Below are positions 1 to 6,459 of a stretch of 25,163 nt of DNA, one piece after another. The DNA comes from a bacterium (GTDB taxonomy: Bacteria > Sysuimicrobiota > Sysuimicrobiia > Sysuimicrobiales > Kaftiobacteriaceae): positions 1 through 25,163 of the forward strand of contig JBIOWP010000054.1 of NCBI GenBank assembly GCA_044868695.1. The letters are read 5' to 3'. Positions within the stretch are counted from its first letter, which is position 1; each line of letters starts with the position of its first letter. The notes beneath the pieces are model-generated. The model was not told the origin of the DNA. It did not search any database and was given only the letters and a program-made list of their open reading frames with translations. The position numbers were made by a program, and so were the translations under genes.

Positions 1-124
1 TCGGGCTGGCTTCCGGACGGGCCGACCGGCCTCTCAGCTCCGGACCGGGCGGTAGTTCGGATGAGCTTCCTTCGGATGGCTTTTTGGGGTGCTGGTACGA
101 AGTAACGAGGCGCAAACTCCGAAT
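1..124. repeat. Direct repeat copy 1 (>=124 bp, truncated by the window start)
   Basis: Identical base for base to 629-752; identity ends after ...GCGCAAACTCCGAAT (C125 vs T753). Confidence 0.97.
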
Positions 125-172
125 CGCTGACCGCCGTTCCCATCTGTTGTCACCCGAACCGGTTCGAGGACC

Positions 173-201
173 TTGACAATCCTCATGAATATCGGTAAAT
201 T
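173..201 (+). promoter_or_regulatory. Sigma70-type promoter for the ORF at 230
   Basis: TTGACA (173-178), 17-nt spacer, TAAATT (196-201); SD AAAGGAGA at 215-222 follows. Confidence 0.7.
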
Positions 202-229
202 GATGAAAGAGGGGAAAGGAGACCCGCAC

Positions 230-619
230 ATGCCGTTAAAGGACTTGATCATCAAAGAAGAAGATGTTGGTGAGGAGTTGCTTGAAGAAATACTCAGAGG
301 ATATGCCAATCTGGCCACGGACACGAGAAGAGTGATCCTGACCGCCGCCGGTCGTCGCCTTCCGGCACGAGTACGAATCCTGCTCGTACTTTCGGGACGC
401 CACGCGTGGCGATTTGTGGCTCCCGGAGAAGAACGCACCACTGCCATGACCGTGAAGGAGATCCAGGAACAAACAGGGCTGCCTGGGAATACGCTCCGCC
501 CTGCGCTTAAGGCGCTAAAGGACGCACATGTGATCGAGGCTGTTGGTACGGGCGAGTACACACTCCCGGCTTACGGCCTTCAGCAGGCTAAGGACGAAAT
601 CACAAAGCTTCGCGCGTAA
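230..619 (+). CDS. Hypothetical protein with C-terminal winged helix-turn-helix (129 aa)
   Basis: ATG 230 after SD AAAGGAGA; MTVKEIQEQTGLPGNTLRPALKALKDAHVIEAVGTGEYTL fits a wHTH pattern; lies between the two repeat copies. Confidence 0.8.
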   Translation: MPLKDLIIKEEDVGEELLEEILRGYANLATDTRRVILTAAGRRLPARVRILLVLSGRHAWRFVAPGEERTTAMTVKEIQEQTGLPGNTLRPALKALKDAHVIEAVGTGEYTLPAYGLQQAKDEITKLRA

Positions 620-628
620 GCATAGCGC

Positions 629-752
629 TCGGGCTGGCTTCCGGACGGGCCGACCGGCCTCTCAGCTCCGGACCGGGCGGTAGTTCGGATGAGCTTCCTT
701 CGGATGGCTTTTTGGGGTGCTGGTACGAAGTAACGAGGCGCAAACTCCGAAT
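629..752. repeat. Direct repeat copy 2 (124 bp), intergenic
   Basis: Identical to 1-124; begins 9 nt after the TAA at 619 and ends 31 nt before the ATG at 784. Confidence 0.97.
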
Positions 753-783
753 TAGAGAAGGTTCAAGGAGGCCCAGGGGGTCA

Positions 784-1155
784 ATGCTAAAAGCCGATAT
801 CGTCCTTCCTTCTGGTGCGAGGATTTCCATAGAGGGATCCGACAAAGAAGTGCGAGACTTGGTTGATCACTACGCGATCCCGAGTGAAACGGACAAAGAA
901 CCTTCAAAGCGGAAGAGAAGCCGGGTCGCAGCCGCCGCCGGAAGCGTTGAGGGTCCCATGGGGCACATAAGGCAACTCAAGAGTGAAGGCTTCTTTGGCA
1001 CTAAGCGGACGTTGGGGTCGATCCAAGAACGGTTGGAAGAGCTGGGCCACATCTATCCTCAGACGTCGCTCTCGCCAGCCCTAATCAAGCTGACGAAGAA
1101 ACGCGAACTTAGGAGGTTGAAGGAAAAGGGGGTCTGGGTTTACGTCAACCCATGA
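784..1155 (+). CDS. Small hypothetical protein with C-terminal wHTH-like domain (123 aa)
   Basis: ATG 784 with AAGGAGG/AGGGGG upstream (the TTG at 712 lies inside the repeat); C-terminus GFFGTKRTLGSIQERLEELGHIYPQTSLSPALIKLTKKRELRR..VWVY; ATGA overlap with the next gene. Confidence 0.75.
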   Translation: MLKADIVLPSGARISIEGSDKEVRDLVDHYAIPSETDKEPSKRKRSRVAAAAGSVEGPMGHIRQLKSEGFFGTKRTLGSIQERLEELGHIYPQTSLSPALIKLTKKRELRRLKEKGVWVYVNP

Positions 1156-1934
1156 GTAGCCCACGCAGGAGGCCTTCGCTAGAAGCAAGATTCAGAGAAC
1201 TGAGTCCTACTTTGAAGACCGCCCTCTCCAACCAATCGCCGCTTCGAGTTGGAATAGCCACTCTGACCATCGCGAAAGAAGAGTGCGGTGTGGAGTACCT
1301 CTCAGTCGATGAAATTGTGCAGGCTTTGCATGATGCAGGAGTGGCTGCCAGCCCTGTTGCGATTCAAAAAGCGTTCTCCCGCGGCGGTAACCGAATTGCT
1401 TCTCGGCACCTAGATGGGGTTGCGAAGTACAAAGTCATGGTCCCAGGCATACAGGAGGTTCGGTCCCTTGTCAGTGAAGGAAACATCGAACTTGTTCATG
1501 TTGAGGCTGGACAGCCTCGCACGTCGCGAAAGAAACTCTCCGAGATCCTATCGGGTCTAGTAGGAATTGTCAGAATTTCTGATCCCTATTTTGGTGAGCA
1601 CACCCTTGATGCCCTAGAGGCGGTTCCCGAGGGTTGCCAAACGAAGTTTATGACAGCACGTATTGTTGGTGACCAAGCAAAGCTAAAGAGGCTTACTGCT
1701 GACCTTCAGGTCGAAAGGCCGAATCTGGAAGTTAGGTTATTTCCCGATCCCAGGAAACTGCACGATCGATATGTCCACAGCGACGCGAAGTTAATCATCG
1801 TAGGCCATGGCCTTAAGGATATCGGCAATAAGGAGTCCTTTGTCATTTCTGTCGATGAAACGGTGGCAAGAGAGCTCATCGAAACAATCCGCGTCGGCTT
1901 CGATAGCAAATGGGAGGACGCTGCCGCATTCTAG
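1152..1934 (+). CDS. Two-domain protein: N-terminal helical/wHTH-like domain plus C-terminal PLD-superfamily-like domain (260 aa)
   Basis: ISDPYF and LHDRYVHSD..IIVGHGLKDIGNK motifs resemble single-copy HDR-type PLD-like domains; low GC; coupled to the upstream ORF. Confidence 0.7.
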   Translation: MSSPRRRPSLEARFRELSPTLKTALSNQSPLRVGIATLTIAKEECGVEYLSVDEIVQALHDAGVAASPVAIQKAFSRGGNRIASRHLDGVAKYKVMVPGIQEVRSLVSEGNIELVHVEAGQPRTSRKKLSEILSGLVGIVRISDPYFGEHTLDALEAVPEGCQTKFMTARIVGDQAKLKRLTADLQVERPNLEVRLFPDPRKLHDRYVHSDAKLIIVGHGLKDIGNKESFVISVDETVARELIETIRVGFDSKWEDAAAF

Positions 1935-1957
1935 TCGTAGCCACATTCTCGGAAACG

Positions 1958-1986
1958 TTGACGATAGGGGTCGACATTGTTATCAT
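1958..1986 (+). promoter_or_regulatory. Sigma70-type promoter for the 2007-2809 gene pair
   Basis: TTGACG (1958-1963), 17-nt spacer, TATCAT (1981-1986); SD GAGGTG at 1995-2000. Confidence 0.7.
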
Positions 1987-2006
1987 GCTAACAGAGGTGA
2001 GCAAGC

Positions 2007-2423
2007 ATGGCGCATGACGTCCAGCAGACGGCCACGTTGTACCTCCGGGGAGTTCCCAGGACGCTGGTGCGTGAGGCCAAGGCCGAAGCCGCCAGGCGAG
2101 GGATGAGCCTCACCGCCTTCACGAAAGAGGCGCTAGCCAGGGCCCTGAAGCGCGAGGGCGCGCGGGCGCACATGCCGGATGGCATCGGGGCGATCCGGCC
2201 CGATCTGGATTGGTTTGAAGCGAACCGTAAACGCCTGGTACGGCGGTACCGCAACGAGTACGTCGCGATCGTGAACCGAAAGGTCGTGGATCACGACCCG
2301 GACTTCAGCGCGCTGGCGCGGCGTGTCTTTGCAAAGTACGGCGTGCGGTCGATCGCAATGCCGAAAGTAACCCCCGAAGAGCGCATCGTGAGGATCCCGA
2401 CGCCTCTGCGGGTTGCCCGGTGA
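2007..2423 (+). CDS. Ribbon-helix-helix plus DUF5678-like protein (antitoxin-like)
   Basis: N-terminal TLYLRGVPRTLVREAKAEAARRGMSLTAFTKEAL (RHH pattern); C-terminal WFEANRKRLVRRYRNEYVAIVNRKVVDHDPD resembles DUF5678. Confidence 0.8.
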   Translation: MAHDVQQTATLYLRGVPRTLVREAKAEAARRGMSLTAFTKEALARALKREGARAHMPDGIGAIRPDLDWFEANRKRLVRRYRNEYVAIVNRKVVDHDPDFSALARRVFAKYGVRSIAMPKVTPEERIVRIPTPLRVAR

Positions 2424-2809
2424 CGCAGCGGTTTCGCTATGACCGCACCAGATCCCCGGCTGCGCCGATCCTCCCTATACGGGTGGGGGTCGCGGGAAGA
2501 CAGGCCGAAGCCGTTTCGGCGGCGCTCGTCGATACCGGTGCTGAAATCAGCGTCATCCCGGCACGTCTTGCTAAGGACCTCCGCCTGCCGGTCATCGGCG
2601 AGGTAACAGTAGGAGGCGTGACGGGCGCGGAGCGCGTTGTACTCTACGGCGTGGAGCTGGAGGTCGCGGGGGTCAAGGTGCCGGCCCAGGCGGCGGGCAT
2701 GGGGTCACACACATTGCTCGGTCGGGACGTGATCAATCGCTGGACGTTGACCCTCCGGGGGCCGGAGGAAACGCTGACTCTCGACACCGGCAAGAAGGCG
2801 CCGGCTTAG
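2420..2809 (+). CDS. Retropepsin-like (clan AA) single-domain aspartyl protease
   Basis: [13 protein letters not shown] catalytic DTG motif and LLGRDVI psi-loop motif; GTGA overlap with the upstream gene. Confidence 0.88.
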   Translation: MTQRFRYDRTRSPAAPILPIRVGVAGRQAEAVSAALVDTGAEISVIPARLAKDLRLPVIGEVTVGGVTGAERVVLYGVELEVAGVKVPAQAAGMGSHTLLGRDVINRWTLTLRGPEETLTLDTGKKAPA

Positions 2810-3420
2810 TGTAGTCGGCGGATGATGGCCGTCGCGATCCCTTCGATGACGGCGTCGCGGGTGTAGATCGGTTCCATCCTTGAATTCTCGGGCTGTAGCT
2901 TGATGCGATCGTCCTCCTTGAAAAACCGCTTCACGGTCGCCTCATCGTCGATCCGCGCCACGACGATGTCGCCGTTCGTCGCGTTCTGCTGGCGGCGGAC
3001 CACGAGCAGGTCGCCGTCGTAGATGCCGGCGTCCACCATGCTGTCGCCGCGGACCTGCAGGATGAAGCACTCGTCCGCGCGCACGAAATCGGTAGGGAGG
3101 GGGAAGTAGTCTTCGATGTTCTGCTGGGCCAGGATCGGCTGGCCGGCGGCCACGCGGCCGATCACCGGGACTGGAACGACCTTCTTGGGAGGAACCTCCC
3201 GCTCGTCACGGAGAACTTCCAGGGCCCGCGGCTTGCTGGGGTCGCGCCGGAGGTACCCCTTTTTCTCCAGCGCCGACAGGTGACTGTGCACCGTGGAGCT
3301 GCTGGTGAGACCGAGGGCCTGGCCGATCTCGCGCACCGAGGGCGGATACCCGTGGGCCTCGGCATACCGCTGCACGAACGTCAGAATCTCGCGCTGGCGC
3401 CGCGTCAGACCTTTCCCCAT
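2806..3420 (-). CDS. lexA: SOS repressor LexA (204 aa)
   Basis: [23 protein letters not shown] cleavage site, GDSM (Ser) and ATVKR (Lys) dyad; ATG 3420 with SD GGAGGG at 3428-3433. Confidence 0.97.
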   Translation of the reverse strand: MGKGLTRRQREILTFVQRYAEAHGYPPSVREIGQALGLTSSSTVHSHLSALEKKGYLRRDPSKPRALEVLRDEREVPPKKVVPVPVIGRVAAGQPILAQQNIEDYFPLPTDFVRADECFILQVRGDSMVDAGIYDGDLLVVRRQQNATNGDIVVARIDDEATVKRFFKEDDRIKLQPENSRMEPIYTRDAVIEGIATAIIRRLH

Positions 3421-3482
3421 GGCCACGCCCTCCAGGGGGCCCAGCGGCCCCCGCAGAGCCCGTGCAAGTGGATGTGCCAGGG

Positions 3483-3511
3483 AGTATAGCATAGAAATCC
3501 CAAATTGGCAA
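3483..3511 (-). promoter_or_regulatory. lexA promoter
   Basis: Minus strand TTGCCA (3511-3506), 17-nt spacer, TATACT (3488-3483). Confidence 0.75.
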
Positions 3512-3522
3512 ACACCTGTTCG
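3509..3522. promoter_or_regulatory. Gram-positive-type SOS (Cheo) box
   Basis: Minus strand CGAAC-AGGT-GTTTG, one mismatch to CGAAC-N4-GTTCG; overlaps the lexA -35 and lies upstream of the divergent DinB gene. Confidence 0.8.
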
Positions 3523-3557
3523 TAGAATTGACATCAAACTGACATACGGGGTGAGCC

Positions 3558-4040
3558 ATGACAATCAAGGAGCTTGTCCTCGACCATGTTCACACGACGG
3601 TCTACCAGGAAGACTGGCAGTGGCAGCCTTCGCTCAATGAAGCCCTCGAGGGTTTGACCCCTGCGCAGGCGGCCTGGAAACCCGCTCCCCAACGCCACTC
3701 AATCTGGCAGATCGTCCGTCACCTGATTCTGTGGAAGCGCGGCGTGCTCAGTGCCTGGGATGGGAATCCGCTCGATGAAGCCGAGCTCGAAGCCGCGGAC
3801 TGGCAGGAGGCTGCCGGAAGCGCGGCCGACTGGGAGAAGGATCGCCGGACGCTGCTCGAGATCTCCGCGCAATTCCACACCCGGACGCAGGCGCTCGATG
3901 AGGAGGAACTTTCACGGCATATCGTCTGGTACAAGAGCGGCGGTGCTCAGCCGCTGGCGATGCGCCTGGTCCGGACCACCACGCACGATATCTATCACTC
4001 GGGGCAGATCAGGTACCTGAGGGCGCTGCAGGGTGGCTAA
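3558..4040 (+). CDS. DinB/YfiT-family protein
   Basis: [10 protein letters not shown] and HDIYHSGQI His-triad motifs; 160 aa. Confidence 0.9.
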   Translation: MTIKELVLDHVHTTVYQEDWQWQPSLNEALEGLTPAQAAWKPAPQRHSIWQIVRHLILWKRGVLSAWDGNPLDEAELEAADWQEAAGSAADWEKDRRTLLEISAQFHTRTQALDEEELSRHIVWYKSGGAQPLAMRLVRTTTHDIYHSGQIRYLRALQGG

Positions 4041-4067
4041 CTTCCGATAATAGTTGTTATGTCAACT
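4040..4067 (+). other. dif site (XerC/XerD recombination site)
   Basis: ACTTCCGATAA-TAGTTG-TTATGTCAACT has the 11-6-11 layout and is close to B. subtilis dif (ACTTCCTAGAA-TATATA-TTATGTAAACT); gene orientation converges here. Confidence 0.88.
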
Positions 4068-4290
4068 TGACCCGCCCGGCGGCCGCGCCCTCCAGCGCCT
4101 CCACCTCTGCGGCGGGGTACATCCGCTCCGCCTTACTGGGCGCGTCCAGCAGCACCGTCACGGCCCGGTAATCGCCCAGCACACGCACCACGGTGCCTTC
4201 CGGCTGGCCCTGCTCCCCCAAGACCCGCACCCGGGCTCCAGGGGCCAGCGGGCGACCCCGACGATCCGGCGTGCGCTCACGAGTGGCCAC
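4057..4290 (-). CDS. Small hypothetical protein, KOW/SH3-like barrel (77 aa)
   Basis: GTG 4290 with SD GGAGG; LAPGARVRVLG..EGTVVRV pattern; follows paaD. Confidence 0.65.
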   Translation of the reverse strand: MATRERTPDRRGRPLAPGARVRVLGEQGQPEGTVVRVLGDYRAVTVLLDAPSKAERMYPAAEVEALEGAAAGRVKLT

Positions 4291-4313
4291 GGATGAGTCC
4301 TCCAATCGGGATC

Positions 4314-4787
4314 TCAGTCTGCCGGCGGCTTGAACCGCTCAATGGGATTCCGGCACTCCCGGCAATAGTAGATCGCCCGGCACAGCGTCGGCCCGAACGG
4401 ATTCTCCAGCGCGGTGTTGGTTGAGCCACAAAACGGACACGTGACCGGGTCGGCGCTCTGCTGGGCGGGCACGCTCAACCCATGGTCCCGCAGGCGCTGC
4501 CGGCCGCGTTCCGTCATGCGGGCCATCGTCCAGGGCACCGCGAACGTCAGCTCGACGGTGACCTCCTCTACCCCGGGCAGGGTGAGTAACTTTGCCCGGA
4601 TATCCTGACGCATAACCTCAATGGCGGGACAAGCGCTGTAGGTGGGGACCAGCCGGACATGCACGCGCCGCCCGGTCACCTGAATGCCGTCGATGAGCCC
4701 GAGGTCGGTCACCGTGATCGGCAATTCTGGGTCCTCGATGGTCGCCAGGAGGTCCCAGATCTGGTCTTCGACGGTCTTCGTTACCAT
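4314..4787 (-). CDS. paaD: Phenylacetyl-CoA epoxidase subunit PaaD
   Basis: IEDPELPITVTDLG, PTYSACPA, CPFCGS, FGPTLCRAIYYCREC..P.ERFK. Confidence 0.93.
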   Translation of the reverse strand: MVTKTVEDQIWDLLATIEDPELPITVTDLGLIDGIQVTGRRVHVRLVPTYSACPAIEVMRQDIRAKLLTLPGVEEVTVELTFAVPWTMARMTERGRQRLRDHGLSVPAQQSADPVTCPFCGSTNTALENPFGPTLCRAIYYCRECRNPIERFKPPAD

Positions 4788-5569
4788 GTCGCGGCTGGGT
4801 CCAGACGCCAGACAGACGTCATCTCCTCAAGCAGGAACTGCAGCTCCGCAGTGTGCCGCCCGGCCCGGCCGCCGCCGGCAGGCCCCCCCGCAGGGATTGT
4901 CAGGCCCGCGCTCCCCAAGACCTGGGTGACCGCCTCCTGCCACTGGGCGCGCTGGGCCGCCTCATCCATTACGAGCACCCCGGCGGTCACGAGCGCCCCC
5001 TGCCCCGGCACGGGCTCAAAGACGGCCAGCGCCTCGGGCCACGCCCGGGCCAGCGCGTCCTGCATCCGGCTCCGGCCAGCGCCCGCAGGCGCGGCGAGTC
5101 GCCGCAGCCACTGTTCCCCGTATAGCGCATGATACTTCTCTTCGCGCCGCACCGTCGCCGCCAGATCCGCCAGCGGCCGCAGCGAACCCGCAGCAAGCGC
5201 GTCCAACCGCCGGTGATCCGCCTGATCGTACAGGAACATGCGGACGATCGTAAACCCCCAGTCACCGTTGGGCCGCTCGACCAGGACGGCGTTGCGAAAC
5301 TGATCAGGGGACCGGCCGAACGCCAGCCGGTCCGGATCGCCGCCGGTCAGCTCGCAGGCCTGGTCGTAGAAGAGCCGGGCGTGGCCCAGCTCCTCCTGGG
5401 CGATGGACGACAGGGCCACGTCGGACTCGATGTCGGGCGCGAACCCGGTCCACTCCGAATGGCGGTGCCCGAGGAGGAGTTCATCATCGGCCAGCGCGAC
5501 GAGATAGGCGGCCAGCGCCTCGCGCAATGCAGGCTGCTGGAGGGCGGGCTGGGTGGCCAGACTGCTCAT
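4781..5569 (-). CDS. paaC: Phenylacetyl-CoA epoxidase subunit PaaC
   Basis: LADDELLLGHRHSEWTGFAPDIESDVAL, LVERPNGDW, GRAGRHT, ends ATW. Confidence 0.94.
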   Translation of the reverse strand: MSSLATQPALQQPALREALAAYLVALADDELLLGHRHSEWTGFAPDIESDVALSSIAQEELGHARLFYDQACELTGGDPDRLAFGRSPDQFRNAVLVERPNGDWGFTIVRMFLYDQADHRRLDALAAGSLRPLADLAATVRREEKYHALYGEQWLRRLAAPAGAGRSRMQDALARAWPEALAVFEPVPGQGALVTAGVLVMDEAAQRAQWQEAVTQVLGSAGLTIPAGGPAGGGRAGRHTAELQFLLEEMTSVWRLDPAATW

Positions 5570-5895
5570 TTCGCTTTCGTCCGGGGGCGCGTGATGCGCT
5601 GCTGTTCGCGGTACGATCCCCCGAAGCGATAGCTCTTGTCGGTGCCGTGCTCGAAGATATCCGCGTCGTCATAGGAGGTGGCGCCGATCGCCGCATACGG
5701 CACGACCCACAAGTTCACGCACGGGTCGCGCCGGGTGAACTGCTCCTTGGCCAGGACCAGCGCCATCTCCGCGTCGGTCGCGTGGACGTCACCGACGTGA
5801 ACGTGCGGGTCTCCTTTCGTATCCTGGCGGAGGACCGCAAACAGATGCGCCGCCTCCGCGTCGGACTTCCCCAGCAGGGCTGCGAGGCGGGGCAT
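5566..5895 (-). CDS. paaB: Phenylacetyl-CoA epoxidase subunit PaaB
   Basis: HVHVGDVHATDAEMALVLAKEQFTRR, LWVVP, DKSYR. Confidence 0.93.
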   Translation of the reverse strand: MPRLAALLGKSDAEAAHLFAVLRQDTKGDPHVHVGDVHATDAEMALVLAKEQFTRRDPCVNLWVVPYAAIGATSYDDADIFEHGTDKSYRFGGSYREQQRITRPRTKAK

Positions 5896-5910
5896 CTCCT
5901 CTCCCCTCCC

Positions 5911-6459
5911 CTAGCGCGTCACGCCGGGCAGTTCGGTGCGCTCGTAGACCAGCAGTGAGTAGTCGAGGTTTTCCGCGGGGATCCCGAGCTGACGCAGCAT
6001 GGCCATCGCCTGGGCGCGATGGTGGATCTCGTGAAAGAGCAGTTGGCCCGCGATGCCCCCGGTGGTCGCCCGGATCCGGTATCGCTTCTCTGTCCCCAGC
6101 GTTGTGTATTCGACCGGCTTCGACCAATCGGGGATGCGCCGCAGCGTGCGCCGGGTGTCTTCGACCAGCTCCTTCCAGGCGGCCTCCAGCGGTGCGAATC
6201 CCGTCTCGTAGTATTTCCAGAAAGGATGCTCCTCCTGGGCCTTGAGGCCCAGCGGCTCATCGCGGATCCTCCGGATGTAGGACCATTCCGACATGGGAAT
6301 CTCTACGAGCGTGTCGCGGAGCGTCTTCAGCCCGAAGGGAAACTCCTTGGTGTACTGCTCGAGGGTCAAGGGGCGCACCCAATCGAGCAGCTTCGCCCGG
6401 GCCTTGACCAGGTACTCATACAGGTGCACCGGCGTGAACCCCGCCCGCTCGTCCGTCAT
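5911..6459 (-). CDS. DinB-family protein within the paa operon (182 aa)
   Basis: TLRDTLVEI..SEWSY, QLLFHEIHHRAQAMAMLRQLG..DY; ATG 6459 overlaps the paaA stop (ATGA). Confidence 0.88.
   Translation of the reverse strand: MTDERAGFTPVHLYEYLVKARAKLLDWVRPLTLEQYTKEFPFGLKTLRDTLVEIPMSEWSYIRRIRDEPLGLKAQEEHPFWKYYETGFAPLEAAWKELVEDTRRTLRRIPDWSKPVEYTTLGTEKRYRIRATTGGIAGQLLFHEIHHRAQAMAMLRQLGIPAENLDYSLLVYERTELPGVTR

Noticed and set aside
1..752. Repeat as CRISPR array, tRNA, riboswitch (TPP/SAM/glycine), SRP RNA or group II intron end
   Set aside because: Too long for a CRISPR repeat and the spacer is a gene; only isolated words (GCTGAGAG, CCGAAGGAAGC) match RNA families; no cloverleaf or domain V.
613..760. 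Repeat as a canonical integron attC
   Set aside because: GCGTAAG and ATTAGAG only loosely echo RYYYAAC/GTTRRRY, copy 1 ends ATCGCTG, and no intI is visible.
34..845. Minus-strand ORFs 34-561 and 600-845 reading through the repeat
   Set aside because: They read the repeat in different frames, lie antisense to better-supported genes and show no motifs.
3421..3564. N-terminal extensions in the ORF track (lexA; also paaA, hemolysin, fabG, fabD, plsX, coaD, hslO, thiT)
   Set aside because: They run across promoters, the riboswitch or neighbouring genes; downstream starts fit family N-termini and SD or overlap signals.
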